Positions 12,410 to 25,703 are shown, counted from the stretch's first letter. The stretch is DNA of 63,974 bases from Rhina ancylostomus (GCA_030265395.1 JARFYF010000060.1:21987467-22051440); one strand, 5' to 3'. Numbers and translations are program-made. The notes: generated by a model not told the origin, from the sequence alone.

Positions 12410-12800
12410 GAAGTCAAAAGAGACTGCAGAGGATGGAGTCTGGAACAAAAAAACAGATGCTAGATGAACTCGGTGGGTCAAGCAGCATCTGAGATATTAT
12501 TTTAACTTCTATATCGATCTATCTTTCCTTGGTCTCCATTTCTATGGAGAAGCAACTGGGAAGAACAATGTTTTGTATTCTGCTTGAGAAGCTCACAATC
12601 CAGGTATGAACATTGAACTGTCCAATTTCAGGTAAGGCACACCCCAGTGTTCTCCTCCCACACACTGACCCGTCCACTTGGTTTTCTTCCCACTTTTTTT
12701 CAGCTCTCCCTTCCCCTAACCTGTTCCATTTGCCAATCATTCCTTCAGCATCTGGTTCCACCTATCACTTTACCTGCCTCTATCCCACCACACATCGTTG
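12410..12800. mobile_element. Penelope-like remnant (continues at 14933-15035)
   Basis: actgcagaggatggagtc..gcagcatct end motif, C/T-rich 3' region, and cagtcctgatg..cacagatgctg after the Rex1 block. Confidence 0.65.
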
Positions 12801-13788
12801 AAGTCAAAATGGAGTTTATTGTCATATGCACAAGTACATGAATGCACAGGTGCAATGAAAAACCTACTGTACTAGCATCACAGGCACACAGCATTAGTGA
12901 CACCACATTCACAAGATAAACATAAATTATGCACAATTTTTACAAAAAAGAACACAATTAGAACAAAAAAAAGTGTAGTGCAAAGTAGTCAGAGTATTGC
13001 TATACTGTGGCAGTGATTAGGGTGTGCAGTTTGGTTCAAGAACCAAATGGTTGAAGGGAAGTAGCTGTTCTTGAACCTGGTGGAGTGAGACTTAAGGCTT
13101 ATGTACCTCCTGCTTGATGGTAGCTACGAGAAGATGGTATGGCCTGGATGGTGGGGATCTTTGGTGATAAGTGTTACCTTCTTGAGGCAGTGCCTCATGC
13201 AGATACTATCAATGATGGGGAGGGATGTGCCCTTGATGTATTGGGCTGAGTCCAGTACTCTCTGCATCTGCTTATGTCCCTTGCCATACCAGACAATGAT
13301 ACAACCAGTCAGGATACTTTCAACAGTACATCTGTAGAAGTTTGTTAGCGTATTCAGTGACAAGCCGAACCTCCTTAACCTTCTAAGAAAGTAAAGATGC
13401 TAGCCTGCCTTCTTTGAGATTGCATCTATCTGCTGGACCCAGGACAAGTCATCTGATGTGTTAATTCCTAGGAATTTAAACTTGCTGACCCTCTCCACCG
13501 CCAATCCACCAATTTAGACTGGGGTATGTTTACCCTCCTTCCCCTTTCTGAAGTCAACAATCAGCTCTTTAGTTCTGTTGATGTTGAGCAAGAGGTTGTT
13601 GTTGCAGCACCACTCAACCAGGTGTCCCATCTCACTCCTGTATGCTGACTTATCACCACTGTAATTCGCCCAGCAACGGCAGTGTCGTCAATGAATTTGT
13701 ATATGGCATTTGAGCTATGCTTAGCCACATAGTCATGTGTGTACAAAGAGTAGAGTAGGGCACTAAGCACACAGCCTTGAGATGCACC
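12801..13788 (-). mobile_element. Rex1/Babar-type LINE, RT and 3' end
   Basis: LYSLYTHDYVAKHSSNAIYKFIDDT, FYRCTVESILTGCIIVWYG and KDPHHPGH motifs. Confidence 0.88.
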
Positions 13789-14738
13789 NNNNNNNNNNNN
13801 NNNNNNNNNNNNNNNNNNNNNNNNNNNNNNNNNNNNNNNNNNNNNNNNNNNNNNNNNNNNNNNNNNNNNNNNNNNNNNNNNNNNNNNNNNNNNNNNNNNN
13901 NNNNNNNNNNNNNNNNNNNNNNNNNNNNNNNNNNNNNNNNNNNNNNNNNNNNNNNNNNNNNNNNNNNNNNNNNNNNNNNNNNNNNNNNNNNNNNNNNNNN
14001 NNNNNNNNNNNNNNNNNNNNNNNNNNNNNNNNNNNNNNNNNNNNNNNNNNNNNNNNNNNNNNNNNNNNNNNNNNNNNNNNNNNNNNNNNNNNNNNNNNNN
14101 NNNNNNNNNNNNNNNNNNNNNNNNNNNNNNNNNNNNNNNNNNNNNNNNNNNNNNNNNNNNNNNNNNNNNNNNNNNNNNNNNNNNNNNNNNNNNNNNNNNN
14201 NNNNNNNNNNNNNNNNNNNNNNNNNNNNNNNNNNNNNNNNNNNNNNNNNNNNNNNNNNNNNNNNNNNNNNNNNNNNNNNNNNNNNNNNNNNNNNNNNNNN
14301 NNNNNNNNNNNNNNNNNNNNNNNNNNNNNNNNNNNNNNNNNNNNNNNNNNNNNNNNNNNNNNNNNNNNNNNNNNNNNNNNNNNNNNNNNNNNNNNNNNNN
14401 NNNNNNNNNNNNNNNNNNNNNNNNNNNNNNNNNNNNNNNNNNNNNNNNNNNNNNNNNNNNNNNNNNNNNNNNNNNNNNNNNNNNNNNNNNNNNNNNNNNN
14501 NNNNNNNNNNNNNNNNNNNNNNNNNNNNNNNNNNNNNNNNNNNNNNNNNNNNNNNNNNNNNNNNNNNNNNNNNNNNNNNNNNNNNNNNNNNNNNNNNNNN
14601 NNNNNNNNNNNNNNNNNNNNNNNNNNNNNNNNNNNNNNNNNNNNNNNNNNNNNNNNNNNNNNNNNNNNNNNNNNNNNNNNNNNNNNNNNNNNNNNNNNNN
14701 NNNNNNNNNNNNNNNNNNNNNNNNNNNNNNNNNNNNNN

Positions 14739-14932
14739 GTGTTCATGAGTTCATGGATTGTTCAGAAATCTGATGGCATAGGGGAAGAAAGTGTTTCTGA
14801 ATCATTGAGTGTGGGTCTTCAGGCTCCTGTACCTCCTCCCTGATGGTGGTAACGAGAGGAGAGCATGTCCTAGACGGTAAGGGGTCCTTAATGATGGATG
14901 CCGCCTTGAGGCACCGCCTCTTGAAGATGTCA
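14739..14932 (-). mobile_element. Rex1/Babar-type LINE 3' fragment
   Basis: GHALLSLPPSGRRYRSLKTHT motif. Near-match to 27910-28095. Confidence 0.85.
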
Positions 14933-16260
14933 TATCTACATTCTTTTCCCTCTCAGTCCTGATGTAAGGTCTTGACTCAAAGTCAACCTGCACCTTTTGC
15001 CTTCACAGATGCTGTTTGACTCACTGAGTTTTTTGCTCAAGGGGTTGAGTGTCCCACTCTGCTGCTAATTTGTATGTTCTTGTCTCCAGATAGAGGTGCA
15101 CTTACTTTGATAAAATTTGATATATATGGAGAATATGTCACTGAACTTGGTTTGGAGAGCAAAACTAGAGCTTACAAATAAATATAAGATGGTCACTAAT
15201 GTATCCATGAGGGAACTCATGAGAAACCTCATTATACAGGGAGTAGTTAAAGAGTAGCATTAGCTGGCTTTTGTATACTTTTCTCTGCAATAGATCCTTT
15301 TAAAGAGAAGCTTGATAAGTGTGAGGGAGAAAGGAATAGCTGCACATTCTGTAGAATTCTATTAGCCTATATTTCACATCCTCTAAAATCCAGAAATTCA
15401 AAAATCATAAATGCCCACTAGTGTGCAGTCCTCTTTATTAAAAACTATTCCAATTATTAAAAGAGAATATTATTGTAATCTTCAATGAAATATCTACCAT
15501 GCCTGTTGAATAGTCAATATATTTTCTTCATTCTGTTCACTTTTCGCCCTAAAAATAAAAATAGTGTAATAACGAAAAGGAAAAAATTACACCAACCATA
15601 ATTTCATATTCTTTCAGTTTTTATTCCNNNNNNNNNNNNNNNNNNNNNNNNNNNNNNNNNNNNNNNNNNNNNNNNNNNNNNNNNNNNNNNNNNNNNNNNN
15701 NNNNNNNNNNNNNNNNNNNNNNNNNNNNNNNNNNNNNNNNNNNNNNNNNNNNNNNNNNNNNNNNNNNNNNNNNNNNNNNNNNNNNNNNNNNNNNNNNNNN
15801 NNNNNNNNNNNNNNNNNNNNNNNNNNNNNNNNNNNNNNNNNNNNNNNNNNNNNNNNNNNNNNNNNNNNNNNNNNNNNNNNNNNNNNNNNNNNNNNNNNNN
15901 NNNNNNNNNNNNNNNNNNNNNNNNNNNNNNNNNNNNNNNNNNNNNNNNNNNNNNNNNNNNNNNNNNNNNNNNNNNNNNNNNNNNNNNNNNNNNNNNNNNN
16001 NNNNNNNNNNNNNNNNNNNNNNNNNNNNNNNNNNNNNNNNNNNNNNNNNNNNNNNNNNNNNNNNNNNNNNNNNNNNNNNNNNNNNNNNNNNNNNNNNNNN
16101 NNNNNNNNNNNNNNNNNNNNNNNNNNNNNNNNNNTGACTTCATTTTAAAAAATGTCTCAGTTGGCTATCCTGAGATTGTTGACTGTACAAATGCAAGTTT
16201 TTTTTTACACATTTCAGTTCAGTTCCTCCCAATATTGTAGCACTAGCGCAACAACTGATT

Positions 16261-16454
16261 CTCAAGTAGAAACCACAGCATCTGTGGGAAGAGCGAAACA
16301 GTTAATATTTCAGGTCCATGACCTTTCATCAGTTCTGATCATCAGAAAATGTGATTAATATATGGAGAACCTGAAACATTAACTCTGTTTCGCTCTCACA
16401 AATACTGCCTGACATATTTAGAACTTCCAGCATTTTCTGTTCCTACTACACCAA
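16261..16454. mobile_element. Fold-back Penelope-derived element with hammerhead-like core
   Basis: Inverted arms. The minus strand reads CTGATGA-A-AGGTC-ATG-GACCT-GAAA. A possible 8-bp TSD aactgatt lies at 16253-16260 and 16455-16462. Confidence 0.7.
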
Positions 16455-17582
16455 AACTGATTGATAAACACTGTTGAGAAAGGCAAAATGAAACACTGGA
16501 CATCTACCTTCTGGAGGTGATGTTTGGGATAACTTTTATAAAATTACGCACCAATTACCTGAAGTAATTGCAATAATTCATGCACTTAAATTAATATTGA
16601 TCTGCTATAGTCTTTGTAAGTTTCATTCCAGTGGTAATCCTGACATTTTAGAAGTTTCCCAGCAGGTAATTTCTGAATACAGTATTTAGATTTTGCTGCA
16701 AAGTAGAATTGTTTCCATGGAACATTGATGCATTTTGTGATGTTCCTAATTTTTGTTTTCATTTCAACATGGTGAACATTTTCAAGCTTCAGAATGATGC
16801 ACGACAAATTGTATTTAGATTGTTGACAAAAAAAGTCACAAGAAATTTCAGGCCAACCTATATTTGCATCAATACAGGCCATAAACATGATCAGTGGGAC
16901 ATTCCACAGCAATAGAGGGATTTTCTTAATCTTCATTGCAAGGCAGCAATGGAGGTTAAGAAAATACTCCTTGAGGAATCACTTCAAAGTTGTGGAAAGC
17001 TTCGTGATGTTTCCTCAAATGATCTCACCTGTACAGGCCAGTAATATGCCAAGTTTGATTTTTGGTGATGCCTCATTGATTGATTTTGGAAGGAAACTGA
17101 TTGTTGTATAACAGTTGTTCTTGGGGTCTGTGGAATTTTTGGGGACAGGCCAGAATAAATTACCCACTGCTGCATTCAATCCACCAAGCTTTGCTGTTTA
17201 TCCGATTGAGTCAGCAAACAAGGTACCAATAAGGCAGTGGGGAAAAGAAAAAATTGTTCAAAAGAAGCAAGTTTAATTCCGACAGTCTGTTTGCACCCTC
17301 TGAGTCATTCCAAAGTATTCTACAGCCAAATGCTTTTGATGCCACTGTTACATGTAAGGAGATAAAAAGCTAAATTATGAGCAGCAATGTTCCACAAATA
17401 CCAGTGATGCAAATGGATAAATAAACTATTTTGTAGCTTCGATGTGGGATATAATACTGCAGGACCCCCTGCTTGTCTTCAGCATATGCCCTGACACTTC
17501 TTGCATCTGCCTAGGTAGTCAGACAAGAGAATTCAAAGGATCAGAGATAGGCTGCCCTCCATTTAATGTTGTATAGTTACAA

Positions 17583-18118
17583 TCATAGTCATACAGCACA
17601 GAAACAGGCCCTTCGACCCATCATGTCCATGCTGATCGACAAGTACCTCTCCATACTAATCCCATTTCCCAACACTAGGTCAGAATCAGATTTATTATCA
17701 CTGACATATGACGTGAACTTTGTTGTTTTGCAGCAAAGATTTAAAATCTATAAATTACAAAAATACATACCCTAGGATGCCTTGACATAGCCTACAATGC
17801 CTTGATGATTCAAGTGCTCATCCAGATGCTTCTAAAGTGTTGTGAGAGTACCTCCCTCCACTGCCTTCTCAAGCAATGTGTTCCAGCTTGCAACGACCCT
17901 CCGTGTGAAAATTTCCAGATCCACTCTGGCCTTACTCATCTCAAGTCTATGCCCTTTGGTCTTGGACACATCTGCCATGAGGGAAGGTTTTTCACTATCT
18001 ACCCTGCCTAATGCCTCCCATAATTGTATTTACTTCCATGTTTCCCCTTCAACCTCCTCTGTTTTGAAGAAAATAAACCCCGCCTATCCAGTCTCTCCTC
18101 ATGGCTGAAATGATCCAG
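17583..18118 (-). mobile_element. CR1 3' end (resumes 20151-20255) with a Rex1 tail inserted at ~17680-17770
   Basis: acagcacagaaacaggcccttcg tail signature. The host sequence continues after the + strand CR1. Confidence 0.75.
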
Positions 18119-20150
18119 TTAAAAGCAAGGACAGTAAGGCTGGAGAGAGCTAGCCTTGGATAACTAAGGAAATAAAAAAGGTATCAAGCTAAAAGCTCAT
18201 GTATACAAAGTCACCAAGAGTAGTGGGAAACTGAAAGATTGGGGAAAAAGAAGCAACAAAGAACCACTAAGCTAGCAATAAGGAAATGGAGATAGATTAT
18301 GAAAATAACCAGCACAAAATATAAAAACAGACAGTAAAAGTGTTTTATAATTATATAAAGCAGAACAAGGTGGCTAAGGTGAACGTAGGTCCCTTGGAAG
18401 ATGAGAAGAGAGAAATAATATTGGGTAGTGTGGAAATGGCCAAGGCCTTGAACAACAATTTTGTGTCGGTCTTCACACTGGAGGACACGTCTAATATGCC
18501 AAAGAGGGATGTTATTGATGCGATGGGAGGTGACGACCTCGATACAATCGCTGTCACTAAAGAGGTTGTGATGAGCAAACTAGTGGGCCGAAAGGTAGAC
18601 CCCTGGTCCTGATGCAATGCATCCCAGGGTACTGAAAGAAATGGCGGAAGTTATAGTTGAGGTGTTTGTGAAAATTTACCAAAATTCTCTGGACTCTGGG
18701 CAGGTCCCAGCAGATTGGAAGACAGCGAATGTCACGCGACTGGAAAAAGGATGTAGGCAAAAAGTGGGTAACTATAGGCCAGTTAGCTTAACGTCTGTAG
18801 TTGGGAAAATGCTTGAAGCTATCGTTGAGGAAGAAATAGCGAGATATCTGGATAGAAGTGGTTCCATCAGGCAGACACAGCATGGATTCAGGAAAGGCAG
18901 GTCCTGTTTGACAAACTTACTGAAGTTCTTTGACAATATAATGAGTGCAGTGGATAGAGGGGAATAGATGGATGTCGTATATTTGGATTTCCAGAAGGCA
19001 TTTGATAAGGTGCCGCATAAAAGGCTTATCCATAAGATAAAATGCATGGAGTTGGGGCTAAGGTATTAACATGGATAGAGGATTGGTTAACCAGTAAGAA
19101 GGCAGAGTTAGGATAAATGGGCATTTCTCTCGTTGGTGAGCGGGGTGCAGCAGGGATCAGTGCTGGGCCCGCAGCTCTTCACAATATACATTAATGTTTT
19201 GGAAGAAGGGACTGAGTGTAGCATACCTAAGTTTGCTGATGATACTAAACTGAGTGGAAAAGCAAATTGTGTAGATGATGTGGAGAGTCTGCAGAGAGAT
19301 ATAGATAGGCTAAGGGTCTGGCAGATGGAGTACAATGTTGGTAAACACGAAGTCATCCACTTTGGAAGGAAAAATTGAAGATCAGATTATTATTTAAATG
19401 GTGAAAGATTGCAGCATGTTGTTGTGCAAAGGGACTTGGGAGTGCTAGTGCATGAATCACAGAAGGTCAGTTTGCAGGTGCAAAAGGTTATCAAGAAGGC
19501 AAATGGAATGTTGGCCTTCGTTGCTAGAGGTATTGAATTTAAAAGCTGGGTTGTTATGCTGCAACTGTACAGGGTACTGGTGAGGCCACACCTGGAGTAC
19601 TGCGTGCAGTTCTGGTCTCCTTACTTGAGGGAGGATATATTGGCTTTGGAGGCAATGCAGAGGAAGTTCACTAGGTTGATTCCAGAGATGAGGGGTTAAC
19701 CTACAAAGAGAGATTGAGTTGCCTGGGACTATACTCGCTGGAATTCAGAAGAATGAGAGGGAATCTTATAGAAACATAAAATTATGAAAGGGATAGATAA
19801 GGTAGAGGCAGGAAGGTTGTTTTGACTGGTAGTTGAGACTAGAACTAGGGGACATAGCCTGAAGATTGGGGGGAAGAGATTTAGGATGGAGATGAGGAGG
19901 AACTGCTTTTTCCAGAGACTTTTGAATCCGTGGAATTCTCTGCCCAGAGAAGAAATAGAGGCTACCTAATTAAATATATTTAAGACACAATTCGATAGAT
20001 TTTTGCATAATAGGGGAATTAACGGTTATGGGGAAAAGGCAGGTAGGTGGAGCTGAGTCCATGGCCAGATCAGCCATAGTCTTATTGAATGGCGGAGCAG
20101 GCTGGACAGGCCAGATGGCCTCCTCCTGCTCCTATTTCTTATGTTCTTAT
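18119..20150 (+). mobile_element. CR1 LINE, ~2-kb 5'-truncated ORF2 and 3' UTR, disabled
   Basis: HPRVLKE, PADWKTANV, GNYRPVSLTS, QHGFRKGRSCLTNL, YLDFQKAFDKV, QGSVLGP, FADDTKL and RPHLEYCVQFWSP motifs with stops and frameshifts. Ends in cttatgttcttat. Confidence 0.96.
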
Positions 20151-21305
20151 CCCAGGCAACAGCTTGGTAAATCTCCTCTGTACCCTCTCCAGTGCAATCA
20201 CATCCTTCCTAATCTATGGTGACCAGAACAGCACTGAATATTCCAACTGTGCACACAATATTCTATAGATGCCATGTTTTCAAGATCCAATTCTCTCTGA
20301 TCCACATTAGGCATATACACAATTCCTGATAACAGATTCTGTCCTCACCCAAACCCATTTTTTGAAATGGTTTTTGGGTAGCGATGAGGAATGGGAATTT
20401 CAGGTGCTTCATTTTTGTCCTGTGACTACTTCCCTGGCTACCATCAGCTAAGTCCTTGAAATTGTGAATAAACCTAGAAACGTAGAGCATATCAAAGGCT
20501 GCACAAAATGGAACATTTGCTTAGGTGTCCATTGCATCATTGATGTGCTTTTAATTTGAAAGAACCCTTGTGAACCATGACTTGATGCATATAGCCATAT
20601 AAGGCTTGCATAATTATTGTCCTACCATGCCAATAATTGTAATTCTGTTTTTAAAAATAATTTTTCATGTTTTATGTCCTGTTGGGAAACATTATTAGTT
20701 ATCTTAATCAAAGATGTTTCCAATGGATAAGCATCAAATCAGTTGAGAGTTGTAAATTGCTTATTGTGTAGTTGAATTGCTTTGCATGGCCAGCCCTTGT
20801 ACTAATAATTGTGTCTGTGTCAATCCTTTGTAAGTACAACCTGACAGGATTCTCCTTAATTTATTTCAGTAGAAACCAATGACATATGTTCGGTCTGTTG
20901 AAGGGATGCAACATAAAATTTAAATAAAACTGCAAACATCGTGCCATCCATTTTCTAATAATGAATTGGGTTTATGGCTGCTGGTTCTTCATAATTCTTT
21001 TGGAATAAATTCTCAAATTTGTGGCTTGCAGTTAACTGCTGATTAAATAATGATTTACAGCACTGCAGTAGTCTGAACAAACAGCTTTTTTTGGGGGGGA
21101 TGAGATGTGTAACATTGCTCAATTATAGATCTGCTTCAATGCCTGCTTCTTAAAGCCTTGTAGCTTGCCTTTTACTTCCAGACTTGATTGTCCAACCACT
21201 GTTGATCAACCTCCATTCTTCTAACCGCCTCAAATTTGAGATAATGTTGCCTATAGAATCATAGAGCCATAGAGCACAGACACAAGCCCTTTGGCCCACC
21301 ATCTG

Positions 21306-21888
21306 GGATGTTAGCTTTCATAAGTCGTGGGATTGCTTTTAAGAGCTGCGAGGTAATGATGCAGCTCTATAAAACTCTGGTTAGACCTCACTTGGAGTAC
21401 TGTGTCCAATTCTGGTCACCTCATTATAGGAAGGATGTGGAAGCGTTGGAAAGGGTGCAAAGAAGATTTACCAGGGTGCTGCCTGGATTGGAGATTATGG
21501 ATTGTGAGGAGAGACTAAAGGAGCCAGGGCTTTACTCATTGGAGAGAAGGAGGATGAAGGAAGACGTGGTAGAGGTATACAAAATATTAAGAGGAATAGA
21601 TAGAGTGGACAGCCAGCACTCCTTTCCCAGGGCACCAATACTTAATACAAGAGGGCATGGCTTTAAGGTAATGGGTAGGAAGTTCAAGGTAGATATCAGA
21701 GGGAGGTTTTTNNNNNNNNNNNNNNNNNNNNNNNNNNNNNNNNNNNNNNNNNNNNNNNNNNNNNNNNNNNNNNNNNNNNNNNNNNNNNNNNNNNNNNNNN
21801 NNNNNNNNNNNAGGTGTGGTTTGAAGGTCGGCACAACATGGTGGGCCGAAGGGCCTGTATTGTGCTGTATTGTTCTATGGTTCTATGT
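21306..21888 (+). mobile_element. CR1 LINE 3' end nested in a minus-strand CR1 tail (21255-21302, 21889-22195)
   Basis: LYKTLVRPHLEYCVQFWSPHYRKD...TRGH, gggccgaagggcctg and a ttctatg-repeat tail. Confidence 0.92.
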
Positions 21889-22400
21889 CTGCCAACCATC
21901 AAGTATCTATCAATACTAATCCCATTTACCAGTCATTGGTCCATAGCCTACAATACTATGCTCATCCAAATGCTGGTTAAGTGCTGTGAGTACCCACCTC
22001 CACGTGCATTCAAGCTCCCTCTGGGTGAAAAAGTTCTTCCTCAGGTTCCCTCTGAACCTCTTATCCTCATCCTAAACCAATTCCCTCTAGTCTTTACTCT
22101 TCCTATCATGAGGGAAAGAAATTCTTACTATCTACCCTATTTATGCCTCTCATAATTTTGTATGCTGCTATTAGGTCCCATTCAATCTCCTCTATGTCCT
22201 ACCTTGCATCATCCCATTCAGCTGTCAGCACAATGCTCAGTGACCTTCATTAAATTCCAGTTTTTCAGTGCCTCCATTTTAAAACTCTAATTCTTTTATC
22301 TCTGTAACTTCTTACAGCCTTGTAACTCTCTGAGGTCTCTGCAATCCTGTTCTCAAGATTCTTGCTGAATTATTCCTTCTCATTGACTTGTGTCTGAAGT

Positions 22401-22840
22401 AAGAAATAAGAGCAGGTGTAGGCCATCCAATCCTTGGAGCTTGTTCTGTCATTCAGCAAGATCATGGCTAATCTTCTACTCAGTACCATTTGCCCTAAAC
22501 GTCCAGAAATCTTTTGATCTCTGTTTTGAATAAACACAATGACTGAGCCTCCGCAACGCCCCTGGGGTAGAGAATTCCAAAGGTTCCCCACCCTCATAAT
22601 GAAAAAATCTCTCCTCATCTCAGTCAATGTTCTGAAACTCTGCCTGCTGGTCCTAGACGCCTCAGCCAAGGGAGTAAAAAAACATCTTCCTTGCATCTAG
22701 TCTGTCAAACACTTTCAGGAAAAAAGTTTGCAAGTTTCAGTGAGACCTCCTCTCATTCTTCTACATGCTAGAGTATAATATCCCAGTCTACTCAACCTTT
22801 CATCATAAACCAAACCCACCGAGGCTGGAACCAGTCGTGA
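22401..22840 (-). mobile_element. CR1 LINE 3' end
   Basis: EMRRDFF..RV.NLWNSLPQ and a typical 3' UTR. Confidence 0.85.
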
Positions 22841-25199
22841 ACTTTTCTTTGGCTGCCAAGACCCTAAGCTTGGTGCTTGCCTCCTAAATCTCTCTCTATT
22901 AGGAAGCTATTTAAAAAAAATACTCTTGTTATCAAGATTTTGTTATTTCTATAATCTATTTAAATAGCAACATTTAGATTATGTTTGAAATATGGGTGAA
23001 GTTCTTCGGTACATTTTACAACCTTAACAGTGCAATATAACTATATATTGTGGTTTTTTTCCCTCTCCCCATCTTTTCCCTTTTAGCTATTTCACCTTGA
23101 GATTGCATCTCATATTGGAGTTCTTTCCATGAGCAACATTATCTCATCAGGTCCAAAGGCAAAGTTTCACTTGCAGTCAATAGACTTGAGTTTAAGCAGA
23201 GGCATTTCTTTGCTAGTTCACTGTTCCAGCAGTGCCAGTTTTGCTCCCCATAATATTGCTCAACTTGGCACAGATGTTGAACTAAACTTCAAATCTACCA
23301 GTAATATTGGACCAATACTATATCACTTTGCACTTGAACCATTCAGGAAATCCAGATGATAATTTAACAGGATCCAAGAACCTATTTTTCATGTCACACT
23401 ACCCTGGAACTGAGACCAGAAACTATTTTTCAATTGTGTTCTGTTTCTTATTAACATATAGTTTTGGCAGAAATTCTTAAGTTGAGTATTGTGTTGTTAC
23501 AACAAAAGAAGGACTGGTTACCCACAGTTGTTACCAGCCAGCTTTAGTTTGCTAAGATTACATCAGTGAACATGAGCGCAGTTGTTAAAATAACTAACAG
23601 GTGGCAGTGGATGAAGAACACTGACTTGAACCACACCATTTTGATAATAAAACAGTTCAGTTTTGTTTGTGCATTAATAGTTCTGCATTGTTTTCAATAT
23701 CCTAAAAATTGTTATGTAGCTTCCTCTGTTCAAAATCTCCCTCTAACAATAGATATGAGTAACTGATGTAAACTTATCCATGTTGCTCCCCATGTTAAGC
23801 ACATGATTCTATCATCACCAGATATATTGTTTTATGCTTCCAAAATATTTGTTTAGTTTATAACTGTTGTTTTAAAAAAAGCTCTTTACAAAATAAATAA
23901 TTTAGTCATGAGTGATATTACGCAAGTGAAGTGGTTAATTTTATACTGCAGTAGCACTTTATTGCAGTATTGAAATGTTAAATTTAACTCATTCTTGAAT
24001 AAAAGTACCCAGTAGCCTCAAAAACATTGCTGTCTAAAGCTAATCTACTGATCTCTAACCTACAAACCACAAGTAATTAAGAGAAAAGATTTTGCTTTAT
24101 ATGATGATCTTGAAATATTTCAAAGCTCTTTCCAACCAGTAAATCAGTTTGTGATATACTTGTTGTTTTAAATGCAAATGTGCTAGCCAATTTGCAGGTG
24201 ACACCTCAATTAACAAAGAACCAGATAATCTGATTTATTTATAATACTGAGGGTAAAATATTAAGCAGTGCAAGGGAAAACTAACTCCCTTCTCCTCTGC
24301 CATTATCAAGAGACTATGTGCCACAAGCAGAAGAGGCATTTGTAGCCTCCAAAAAATGCTGTCTTCTGCTTAATCTCTCTCAGAATCAGAGTAGTACAAC
24401 CTGAGCCAAGTCTGGAGAAGTCAATTTGAAGTAACAAAACCACAGAGGAGGGTTTTAGATAGAAGCAGAGACATTTCACATCATAGAGGTGTAAGATTTT
24501 ACTAACAATAATGGATGGAATATGAGCCTTGACCCAGGCTTCAGATCAAACATCACACGGTGCATGATACTTGGTTCACAAGCAACAGATTTATCCGCAG
24601 CACATCCATCTGACAACAATGAGAAAGATTGTTGATTTAGGTGTTACAAATGTCATAGGAACTTCACAAATGACTTGTCTTGATGACAACATTGTTTTAG
24701 CTATTGGTGATGCTGGAGAGTATTGGGCAAGGAGAAAGTTGATTTTTAAAGAGTTTCCTGGAGAGGAGATCAAGGGAGTGAAGAGTGGGTGAAGGCTGGA
24801 ATTGAAATAAGGAGAGAATTAATTTGAATAGATTTAGTTGGAACACAGATAAATGACATTGCAGTGATAGCCACCAATTCTCAACTGAAGTCTAATATTT
24901 TTTGCTCTTTGCTCTAGTATTTCCACTGGACTGTCATTAAATCTTAATTCTTTAATAAATGTGCTGAAGGTTATTTTTATTTCTGAAGTTTCCATACAAA
25001 GGACTCCCATTACTCCAAACCTTATCCTATTCAAGAGTTAGTGATGCATATTCAAGGGATGGAGGCACTTGTGAATATTGAAGCTCTTTCGCCTGCACTG
25101 GGGCTACAACTTGCATCTGCGGTAAATAGGTCAAATATTTTAATACTTCATTAGTTTCCTGAAGTGCTCTCTAACTCTTTGCAATAGCACTGGTTTCCT

Positions 25200-25703
25200 C
25201 CCGGCAACCCCCATCTGCTTCTCATTTTGGTTCCATCTGCCATGCATCTCTCCCCAGTGGTCCCCATTCTCTCCTCCTTTACTTATCAGTGTCCAGCACT
25301 GGCAGCCCTTTGTTATCCTGCTTATCTCCCTCTAGCAGGTGTCTCCAACCTCCCTCCTCACTCCATCTACCTCTCAGTTTTTTTCTCCCACCCTGTCTGC
25401 CTCCATCTATCATCCACTTGCCGCTGTCTCCCAACTCCACTGTCCTCCCCTCAACTCCCCTACCTGGCAGAACCTGCCTGTCATATTACACCCTTCCTCA
25501 GTCCACCAATCACCTCAGAATCTGTTCTCACCACTCCCCTTACCCTCTGTATACTGGCCATCTCCCATTTCTACTCTCAGTCCTGATACAGACCCGAAAT
25601 GGTGACAGTTCCTTTCCTCCCCTCCCACAGATGCTGCTCAACCCACCGAGTTCCTCCAGCAGATTGTTGCTCCAGATTCCAGCATCTGTAGTCTCTTGTG
25701 TAT
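25200..25703 (+). mobile_element. Penelope-like 3' remnant
   Basis: C/T-rich tract, then cagtcctgat..gacccgaaat..cacagatgctg..ccagcatctgtagtctcttg. Confidence 0.75.

Noticed and set aside
8921-16143. Long ORFs (179-364 aa) in the ORF track
   Set aside because: They are mostly X residues read through N-gaps (9083-9892, 13789-14738, 15628-16133).
16943-17040. Possible exon AAMEVKKILLEESLQ...
   Set aside because: The acceptor is plausible, but the only donor is weak and phase 2, incompatible with the phase-0 neighbours. No homology recognised.
18340-19699. Reverse-transcriptase ORFs as an active or domesticated gene
   Set aside because: This is a 5'-truncated CR1 with multiple stops and frameshifts.
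23087-23359. Strong pyrimidine tract and AG followed by a 90-codon frame
   Set aside because: There is no good donor and the peptide is unlike CEP164. A cryptic terminal exon cannot be supported.
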